36,639 nt of DNA from Microcystaceae cyanobacterium (GTDB taxonomy: Bacteria > Cyanobacteriota > Cyanobacteriia > Cyanobacteriales > Microcystaceae): the NCBI GenBank assembly GCA_041746575.1, contig JBGTGT010000092.1, positions 1 to 36,639 of the forward strand, read 5' to 3'. The translations under genes were made by a program, and so were the position numbers. The notes under the pieces were generated by a model. That model had not been told where the DNA came from. It saw only the letters and a list, made by a program, of their open reading frames with translations, and made no database searches. Of the stretch, positions 29,750 to 36,639 are shown in pieces (within the stretch, counting starts at the first letter, position 1; the number at the start of each line of letters is the position of its first letter).

Positions 29750-29902
29750 AATAAGTTTAGGAGCTTAAATAGTTATAACAAATACGTCGGGCAATTGAAA
29801 AGTCCGGAAGTGCTTATCAGAAGTGACGATTTTTAGGGATGTTTTGTTCTTTACTTTTTTGACCGAAGTTCGGGATTATTTGCTGGGGTCTAGGTTTTGA
29901 TG

Positions 29903-30781
29903 TTAGTAGCCATAATCTATCATCAATTTTTGCGTAATTTGAGTAATCGTTGCTTTTTCGGCTTCCGTTAAAGCGACCTGAGAATTTTTACGAGATTTAT
30001 CTAAGGGTTTATCTCCTTTTGTATTACCGGGATAGGTTTTATTTTTCTGATGAAATTTATAATATTCTAAGACTTGATCATTCCATTCAAGATTCACAAA
30101 TTTGAGGATTTTTTCCAACATCTGTGCAGGATTTTCCAATAAGTCTTCGTATTTAAAGTCAAAAACATTTAACCCCTTCTGTTTAAAAAGCGCAATGGCA
30201 AGATTTTTATAGAACCAAACATAAGAGCCGAGAGAAATATCATCTAAATTTTGGAGATGGAGAGCATTTATTTCAGGAAATAAGGGACTTAATTTAATTA
30301 ATTCCCTTTCCGCACATCTTTGTATCCAATTGCCCTCAGCATTTTCTAATAATCTCATTGAGGAAACCACATTATGAGGATGGCGAACCGTCCAAAGAAT
30401 CTTAGCATGAGGAAAATATCGAGCAATGTAATCAAGATTGGCAATATGATCAGGCAATTTTAAGCAGATTAATTGTCTTTGTAACTGCCGATAAAATAAA
30501 CTGGGAGAAGAAGGAAAGGGTAATGAATAGGGTAACGCCGTTTCATCTACTCCTTTCACTTTGGAATGTGCCTGTAACATTAATAGTAATAAAGTCGTCC
30601 CACTTCTTTGACAGCCCAAAATTAAGACAAGGTTTTTAGACAGCTCAGGTGAAAAAAAACGCAGGTTGACTGCATTTCTGAAAACATCTTTTTGAGTATC
30701 GCTCAGGGTGACTTGTGCAACTGCTTTTAAGGGTTGAGCTAAGCGATCAACCAGATTGTAAGATTTTTTCTGGGGAGGCAT
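29903..30781 (-). CDS. PAPS-dependent sulfotransferase family protein
   Basis: 5'-PSB loop GCQRSGTTLL; R.P..VVSS 3'-PB motif; YEDLL.NP. Confidence 0.88.
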   Translation of the reverse strand: MPPQKKSYNLVDRLAQPLKAVAQVTLSDTQKDVFRNAVNLRFFSPELSKNLVLILGCQRSGTTLLLLMLQAHSKVKGVDETALPYSLPFPSSPSLFYRQLQRQLICLKLPDHIANLDYIARYFPHAKILWTVRHPHNVVSSMRLLENAEGNWIQRCAERELIKLSPLFPEINALHLQNLDDISLGSYVWFYKNLAIALFKQKGLNVFDFKYEDLLENPAQMLEKILKFVNLEWNDQVLEYYKFHQKNKTYPGNTKGDKPLDKSRKNSQVALTEAEKATITQITQKLMIDYGY

Positions 30782-31216
30782 GGTTTTTGCTTTTACGAAT
30801 AACGGTCAGATAGAAAAGACGCTTACCTGTTAGAATCATAAAACACTTTACGCCCTCTAGGGATTCTATTGCCACCTTAGGGTTTACAGACTAATATTTT
30901 GCTTTAATCCTGCCTTTGATCCCATTTTACTTCCCATCCTGCTTAATTCCGCCAAATAATCCGTTTTCTTTTCTCTATTCTTTCCCTGATTTAAAGTAAT
31001 ATGAGAAAATCTGGATAAAAACTGTCATCTGTCTCGCGATAGATTTTATTGTCATAAATCACACAAACCTGTAAACCCTGTTTAACACCGACCTTTCTCG
31101 CCTTGGGAACGGGGAACCCCCTCATCAATAGCGGATTTTTGCAGATCAATAGAGAAGAATTAAGATTTTTGCCCCTATTATTTGCTCCATCCCCTTGCCA
31201 TCTCCCCCAACATATA

Positions 31217-31234
31217 GTTACACTTCTTTAAATA
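31217..31234 (+). promoter_or_regulatory. Possible RpaB HLR1 site upstream of psbB
   Basis: GTTACACT-TC-TTTAAATA matches the HLR1 consensus at 7/8 in each half. Confidence 0.45.
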
Positions 31235-31397
31235 TTTCTCACTTTCAGGCGATAATGCTATAAGCATTAACAGCCTTTACCTCAGAGCGATCGCCGTTAT
31301 GGGTGACGACTTAGGGTAAAAAATCTGAACCCCCTTTAACGATAAGAAAGAATCGTCAAACTGTAACAGATTCTTATAACTAGGAGAAAAATAGTCG

Positions 31398-32921
31398 ATG
31401 GGACTACCTTGGTATCGCGTACACACCGTCGTTCTGAATGATCCGGGACGACTCATTTCCGTTCACCTAATGCACACCGCACTGGTAGCAGGGTGGGCTG
31501 GATCAATGGCACTCTATGAATTAGCCGTTTTTGACCCTACTGACCCCGTATTAAACCCTATGTGGCGACAAGGGATGTTTGTACTTCCCTTTATGGCGCG
31601 CTTAGGGGTCACTGGTTCTTGGCGGGGCTGGAGCGTGACAGGAGAAACAGGCGTTGAACCCGGTTTCTGGTCTTTTGAAGGCGTTGCCGCCGCTCACATT
31701 ATTCTTTCGGGCTTATTATTCCTTGCTGCTGTTTGGCACTGGGTTTACTGGGATCTCGAATTATTCGCCGACCAACGGACAGGTGAACCTGCCCTTGATT
31801 TACCCAAAATGTTTGGGATTCATTTATTCCTTTCCGGGCTTCTTTGCTTCGGTTTTGGCGCATTTCACCTTACTGGACTCTGGGGTCCTGGCATGTGGGT
31901 TTCTGACCCCTATGGCCTAACCGGCCATGTCCAACCGGTTGCCCCAGAATGGGGACCATCGGGCTTTAATCCCTTCAATCCGGGAGGTGTAGTCGCTCAC
32001 CATATTGCGGCAGGTATTGTCGGCATTATTGCGGGTTTATTCCATCTAACCGTCAGACCGCCAGAAAGACTTTATAAAGCCCTGAGAATGGGGAACATTG
32101 AAACGGTACTGTCTAGCTCCATTGCGGCCGTTTTCTTTGCGGCTTTTGTGGTTGCTGGAACTATGTGGTATGGAAACGCCACCACCCCGATTGAATTATT
32201 CGGGCCGACCCGTTACCAATGGGATAAGGGCTATTTCCACCAAGAAATTGAACGTCGGGTAGACACCAATTTAGCGAATGGGGCTAGTTTGGCAGAAGCT
32301 TGGGCGACCGTTCCTGAAAAACTCGCTTTCTACGACTATGTGGGTAATAGTCCCGCTAAAGGTGGTTTATTCCGTACGGGAGCAATGGTTAGCGGTGACG
32401 GTATCGCTAAAGAATGGCTCGGTCATCCTGTTTTTAATGATAAGGAAGGTCGGGTGTTAACCGTTCGTCGGATGCCTAACTTCTTTGAAACCTTCCCCGT
32501 TGTCTTAACCGATGAAGATGGCGTCGTTCGCGCTGATATTCCTTTCCGTCGTTCAGAATCTGACCTCAGTGTTGAACAAACGGGCGTTAGCGTTACTTTT
32601 TATGGGGGCGCACTTAATGGCAAAACCCTTAGCGATGCCGGTCAAGTCAAACAAATTGCCCGTAAAGCACAACTCGGTGAACCCTTTGACTTTGATACGG
32701 AAACCCTGAATTCGGATGGGGTATTCCGCACCAGTCCTCGCGGTTGGTTTACTTTTGGTCATGCTTGTTTCGCTTTACTCTTCTTCTTTGGTCATATTTG
32801 GCATGGTTCTCGGACGCTGTTCCGCGACGTATTTGCGGGAATTGACCCTGATCTGGAAGAACAAGTGGAATTTGGTGTTTTTGCGAAGGTGGGTGACTTA
32901 TCCAGTCGTAGAGAAGCTTAA
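31398..32921 (+). CDS. psbB: Photosystem II CP47 core antenna protein
   Basis: [20 protein letters not shown]-terminus, 507 aa, AGGAG RBS. Confidence 0.99.
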   Translation: MGLPWYRVHTVVLNDPGRLISVHLMHTALVAGWAGSMALYELAVFDPTDPVLNPMWRQGMFVLPFMARLGVTGSWRGWSVTGETGVEPGFWSFEGVAAAHIILSGLLFLAAVWHWVYWDLELFADQRTGEPALDLPKMFGIHLFLSGLLCFGFGAFHLTGLWGPGMWVSDPYGLTGHVQPVAPEWGPSGFNPFNPGGVVAHHIAAGIVGIIAGLFHLTVRPPERLYKALRMGNIETVLSSSIAAVFFAAFVVAGTMWYGNATTPIELFGPTRYQWDKGYFHQEIERRVDTNLANGASLAEAWATVPEKLAFYDYVGNSPAKGGLFRTGAMVSGDGIAKEWLGHPVFNDKEGRVLTVRRMPNFFETFPVVLTDEDGVVRADIPFRRSESDLSVEQTGVSVTFYGGALNGKTLSDAGQVKQIARKAQLGEPFDFDTETLNSDGVFRTSPRGWFTFGHACFALLFFFGHIWHGSRTLFRDVFAGIDPDLEEQVEFGVFAKVGDLSSRREA

Positions 32922-32952
32922 GCTTAATTTTCGAGTACAATTCAATTTAGAG

Positions 32953-32979
32953 GGGAAAGGGTATCCTTTCCCTTTTTTT
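32953..32979 (+). terminator. Rho-independent terminator of psbB
   Basis: GGGAAAGG-GTAT-CCTTTCCC followed by T7. Confidence 0.9.
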
Positions 32980-33001
32980 ATTTTTATTAAGATAAGAGTA
33001 A

Positions 33002-33481
33002 TTACTCAGGTTTCCCAATTTCTGCTTTTACTAATTCTAAAGGAAGTTTTAACACTCTAGTGATTTGTTCAATACTTAATCCTTCTTTGATTAATTCTGT
33101 AGCAATTCCAAGTTTAATTTCTTGAGCAAAATTGGATTGTTTTAATTCAGTTTCTGGCAATTTATTACCTTGATTAATTTGTACACCATTCATAACATTA
33201 TTATTAGCATAATTATAATAATATCTTCGCAAGCTTGATTTTATATTTGATTTATTAACTTCTTCCCCTAAGATTTCTGATAAGGTTTGCCATAATTTCC
33301 CCGCGGTGTCCTTCACATATTTCTCAGAAAGGTGATGATTTTTAGCAATTTCTGCATATTTTTGATGATCAACAACTCCCTCTAAGATTGCGTGCTGAAG
33401 ATCATCTAAATGTTCTCCTATATGAGAGAAGAGCAGATCATCGGTAGTTACTATCAGGGATTGAATATCGAAGGCGTTCAT
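33002..33481 (-). CDS. Small HTH protein: N-terminal HTH of the type found on cyanobacterial NB-ARC/AAA proteins plus an Rpn-like C-terminal tail
   Basis: L..LQ..IL.G…Y.EIA…S..YVKD.A..LW..LS..LGE.V.KSN pattern; tail IATELIKEGLSIEQITRVLKLPLELV. Confidence 0.7.
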   Translation of the reverse strand: MNAFDIQSLIVTTDDLLFSHIGEHLDDLQHAILEGVVDHQKYAEIAKNHHLSEKYVKDTAGKLWQTLSEILGEEVNKSNIKSSLRRYYYNYANNNVMNGVQINQGNKLPETELKQSNFAQEIKLGIATELIKEGLSIEQITRVLKLPLELVKAEIGKPE

Positions 33482-33540
33482 AGGACTTAACTAAACAGGA
33501 GATAGGGATAAGCCTTACATTTTTATCGATTGGCCACAAC

Positions 33541-33959
33541 TTAGTTACTTTCAAAAAGAGAGATAAAATTAACGGGAGTCATAATAAGAATGCCTTGATA
33601 AGTTTTGATTATTAAAAAATCGTTGTCACCTATTATTAGATAATCGGCAATCCCAGATACAGCTAACTCTAAGAATTTATTATCGTCTAAATCATAGCAA
33701 ATCGTCGTTCGATGGGAAATCTCAATCAAAAAACTCTTTTTGCTAAAAGATGACAAAAAATCTAATCTATCCTATTGGCTTAAATATTTATCAAACTTTT
33801 TTTCGCATAGTCTTGTCTCTAACTCTTGATAAGTTGTCTCACTTTGGAGGATAATATACTGATGACTAGCTAAATCAATGACTTTTTTGGTGTTCCTTCA
33901 GGATTCAGTAAAGCACTAATAAAGACATTAGTATTTATCAGCACTTGATTACGATTCAT
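33541..33959 (-). pseudogene. PIN-domain toxin pseudogene
   Basis: MNRNQVLINTNVFISALL (Asn where the first catalytic Asp is expected), frameshift in the A-run at about 33883-33888, in-frame TAG at 33772-33774, then DDNKFLELAVSG.ADYLIIGD.D. Confidence 0.85.
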
Positions 33960-34155
33960 CCGCTAATAACTCTGCTAGTTTTTCTGCTGTTAGTCCTTTA
34001 GCTTGAGCTTTTGCTCCTATTCTATCCATAATTGAGAGAAGACTATCTCGTGTTTCTTCAATCGTTAAATTAACTTCTTGCTCAGGAGAAAATCCTAATT
34101 GAGCGATTGCCATCGAAATCTTTGATACTTTAAGATTTTTAATAACTTATTTCAT
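33949..34155 (-). pseudogene. Cognate antitoxin of the PIN toxin with an early nonsense codon (possible restart at ATG 34113)
   Basis: MK*VIKNLKVSKISMAIAQLGFSPEQEVNLTIEE…AQAKGLTAEKLAELLADES*; overlaps the PIN start by 11 nt, as expected for a type II TA pair. Confidence 0.7.
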
Positions 34156-34195
34156 CACTCGATTGAATTTATCTTTATATTATACCTACAACATC

Positions 34196-34446
34196 TTAAA
34201 AATGCTCAGTATCCTCTCCCTCGGCATTCTCATTTAATAGTTGTTCGATTTGCCTTAAACTCTTCAAAAGTCATATTCGCTGCCTCTTGCAAAATCTCGT
34301 CACATTAAATCCACTTGATGAGTGGGGTAATAAAATTGTTTGGACGCAAGCCTTATCCTCTACAGAGTTATGGTCATATAAACAGATTTGATGTCAATAG
34401 GTTCGATAATATTTTGCCTACGAAGTCGTCAATTTCTAGAAGGCAT
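34196..34446 (-). pseudogene. HepT/DUF86 (HEPN) toxin pseudogene: interrupted and internally deleted
   Basis: After removing a 94-bp insert it reads MPSRN*RLRRQNIIEPIDEILQEAANMTFEEFKANRTTIK, then switches frame to a C-terminal-like QLLNENAEGEDTEHF*; the central R-x4-H region is absent. Confidence 0.75.
34299..34392. mobile_element. 94-bp MITE/REP-like insertion in the hepT pseudogene
   Basis: GTCA direct repeat at 34299-34302 and 34393-34396; inverted repeats ACATTAAATC (34302-34311) and GATTTGATGT (34385-34394), 9/10; excision restores the ATT GAC GAG frame. Confidence 0.65.
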
Positions 34447-34610
34447 TAATTACATCTTTTAATACACGTTCTCGTAAATGTTTCTTTTAAGCATTTTGTG
34501 TTCCTAGATCAACAGAACATCCTAGAATATTTTTTAAACAAAGCCTTGCTTTTATACACTCAAATAACCCAACGGCTCGATGAAATTCTACTAATAAATC
34601 TACATTCCTC
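34436..34610 (-). pseudogene. MNT (minimal nucleotidyltransferase) antitoxin pseudogene, 5'-truncated
   Basis: RNVDLLVEFHRAVGLFECIKARLCLKNILGCSVDLGTQNA*KKHLRERVLKDVINAF*; the DxD motif is degenerate, there is an internal stop and no FGS motif; the stop overlaps the hepT start. Confidence 0.8.
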
Positions 34611-34780
34611 TCAAAACGTGCTTTATCCCCAGCAACCAAACCCAATAGAGAGAGATTTGACACCCCGTTTTTTTAATTTTTCTCGATGTTCCGTTATAAT
34701 TGTGAGTACCTTATGGCGTTTCATGGCTGTTTTGTTGAACTAACTATTAATATTATCGCCTCACAGAGAGTATCTTTTAT

Positions 34781-36385
34781 ATGACCGTATTTTTCGAAGA
34801 AAAATTGCTTTTTTCCCCTGCCATCTCCCGAGATAATGCCATTCCCTTAATTTTTGCCTTTCCTAATGAGTACACAGTTGGAATTACCAGTTTAGGTTAT
34901 CAACTCGTTTGGGCAAGTCTTGCGCAACGTTCGGATATTCAAGTCAGTCGTTTATTTACAGATATTCATGAGTCTTTACCTCGGCAAGCCGAATTAGTGG
35001 GTTTTTCCTTTTCTTGGGAATTAGATTATGTCAATATTTTAAATTTATTAGAATTTCTGGGAACTCCTTTCCGCGCAAAAGATAGAAAAAATAACGATCC
35101 CCTAATTTTTGGTGGAGGGTCAGTTTTAACCGCTAATCCTGAACCTTTTGCTAATTTTTTTGATATTATTTTACTGGGTGACAGTGAAAATTTATTAGAT
35201 AATTTTATTGAGGCGTATCAACAGGTTCGACAAGAATCTAGAGGCGTTAAGTTAAGACATCTTGCTCAAGTTGATGGCATTTATATTCCGAGTTTATACG
35301 AGGTTATTTATAAACAAGCCGATGGAGAGATCAAGTCTATTAAACCCCTCGATTCGGTGATTCCTAGTACGGTAAAAAAACAAACCTATCGAGGTAATAT
35401 TTTATCTGCTTCCACAGTTGTAACTGAACGGGCCGCGTGGGAAAATATTTATATGGTAGAAGTGGTCAGAAGTTGTCCGGAAATGTGTCGTTTTTGTTTA
35501 GCTAGTTATCTCACTTTACCCTTTCGTACCGCCAGCTTAACGGAGTCTCTAATTCCGGCTATTGAAAGAGGATTAAAGATAACAAATCGCCTCGGTTTAT
35601 TAGGGGCTTCGGTCACCCAACATCCTGAATTTGAAGCCTTATTGGACTATTTAGCTCAGCCCAAATATGAAGATATTCGCCTTAGTATTGCCTCGGTAAG
35701 GACAAATACAGTAACCGAAAAACTGGCACAAACCTTAAGTAATCTTCAAACGAAATCCATTACGATTGCAGTTGAAAGTGGCTCAGAAAAACTGCGTCGG
35801 GTTATTAATAAAAAATTGACTAACGATGAAATTATGCAAGCGGCGATTAATACTAAAATGGGAGGCTTAAAATCCTTAAAACTCTATGGGATGGTTGGAA
35901 TTCCTGCCGAAGAAGCGGAGGATATTGAACAAACGCTTGAGATGATGTTAGCTCTTAAAAAAGCCGCATCAGGACTCAGACTAACCGTAGGATGCAGTAC
36001 CTTTGTACCGAAATCTCATACCCCTTTTCAATGGTATGGCGTTAATCCTGAATCTGAAAAACGCTTAAAATATTTGCAAAAGAAATTGCGATCGCAGGGG
36101 ATAGATTTTCGTCCTGAAAGTTACAATTGGTCAGTGATTCAAACCTTAATTGCCAGAGGCGATCGCCGTTTATCAAAATTACTAGAATTAACCCGTCATT
36201 ATGGAGATTCTTTAGGCAGTTATAGACGTGCATTTAAAGAATTAAAAGGTCAGTTACCCAGTTTAGAAGAAACAGTTTTTCAAAGTTGGTCATCTGCTAA
36301 AATTTTACCTTGGCAGCATCTTCAAGGCGCATTAACAACTGAAACGCTACTAAAACATTTAGCAGAGGCAAAACAATATATGTAG
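34781..36385 (+). CDS. Radical SAM protein with an N-terminal B12-binding-like domain
   Basis: CPEMCRFC (CxxxCxxC); FPNEY.VG..SLG; ESGSE; FVPK.HTPFQW. Confidence 0.9.
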   Translation: MTVFFEEKLLFSPAISRDNAIPLIFAFPNEYTVGITSLGYQLVWASLAQRSDIQVSRLFTDIHESLPRQAELVGFSFSWELDYVNILNLLEFLGTPFRAKDRKNNDPLIFGGGSVLTANPEPFANFFDIILLGDSENLLDNFIEAYQQVRQESRGVKLRHLAQVDGIYIPSLYEVIYKQADGEIKSIKPLDSVIPSTVKKQTYRGNILSASTVVTERAAWENIYMVEVVRSCPEMCRFCLASYLTLPFRTASLTESLIPAIERGLKITNRLGLLGASVTQHPEFEALLDYLAQPKYEDIRLSIASVRTNTVTEKLAQTLSNLQTKSITIAVESGSEKLRRVINKKLTNDEIMQAAINTKMGGLKSLKLYGMVGIPAEEAEDIEQTLEMMLALKKAASGLRLTVGCSTFVPKSHTPFQWYGVNPESEKRLKYLQKKLRSQGIDFRPESYNWSVIQTLIARGDRRLSKLLELTRHYGDSLGSYRRAFKELKGQLPSLEETVFQSWSSAKILPWQHLQGALTTETLLKHLAEAKQYM

Positions 36386-36396
36386 CATCATTAACT

Positions 36397-36427
36397 TAAT
36401 TTAAGTTGTCTTAGACAACTTAAATTA
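36397..36427. repeat. 31-bp palindrome just after the radical SAM gene (terminator or protein-binding site)
   Basis: TAATTTAAGTTGTCT-T-AGACAACTTAAATTA: perfect 15-bp arms around a 1-nt centre. Confidence 0.8.
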
Positions 36428-36499
36428 TGATTCATTGCCGTCGTTAATCTTGCTTTTTCGATATCAGACACTAAAGCAGAATTAATCTTTTCTTAAATC

Positions 36500-36639
36500 A
36501 ACGTGAGTTCGACGAGGGCAATTATCTTAATCCTTTTGTCTATTCTAATTGGGATTAGGAAAGAAAAACAAATTCTTGATTGGGGGACTAGCCCCCCAAA
36601 CCCCCCAACGGGGGACGGAGTGCCTCCCCCGTACCCCCT
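36500..36639 (+). mobile_element. Left part of a MITE/IS-like element running off the window, with an internal GC-rich double hairpin
   Basis: Begins AACGTGAGTTCGACGAG; 36500-36558 is the inverted copy of 127-185; GGGGGACTAGCCCCCC and CGGGGGACGGAGTGCCTCCCCCG hairpins at about 36582-36631. Confidence 0.7.

Noticed and set aside
29861..29880. GACCGAAGTTCGGGATTA resembling the terminal element's end
   Set aside because: Too short and too degenerate to support as another copy.
32922..33001. No psbT directly after psbB
   Set aside because: A terminator follows psbB directly; to my knowledge psbB-psbT linkage is not universal in unicellular cyanobacteria, so this is not remarkable.
34498..34743. 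81-aa plus-strand ORF
   Set aside because: Antisense to the MNT pseudogene and overlapping the radical SAM promoter region; probably spurious.

Overview
A 36.6-kb chromosomal window from a unicellular cyanobacterium (psbB, chlP, cyanobacterial sigA, many HIP1 GCGATCGC octamers; Chroococcales-like by inference). Most of it is core genome: chlP, pheS, a PMM/PGM, thrB, sigA, lptA-lptB-lptF/G, pdhB-secD-secF, a TonB-like gene, psbB and a radical SAM gene. The unusual material lies between these genes and is mostly missing from the ORF track. (1) The 3' end of an IS701-like transposase at the left edge appears to be inserted into a copy of a small element whose sibling starts at 36500. (2) A 38-aa single-TM microprotein ORF lies upstream of chlP. 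(3) A Zn/Cd P1B-ATPase keeps an intact SmtB/ZiaR operator, but only the last 16 codons of its repressor remain; a structured non-coding segment replaces the rest, and the ATPase has a 24-nt in-frame insertion that splits a HIP1 site. (4) A duplicated 105-bp promoter-bearing module precedes decayed DUF29- and DUF4258-like genes. (5) A toxin-antitoxin graveyard (MNT-HEPN and antitoxin-PIN pairs) has all four genes damaged, one by a 94-bp mini-element. I found no intact novel multi-gene system, CRISPR array, tRNA or rRNA. Family assignments come from motif recognition, not database searches.
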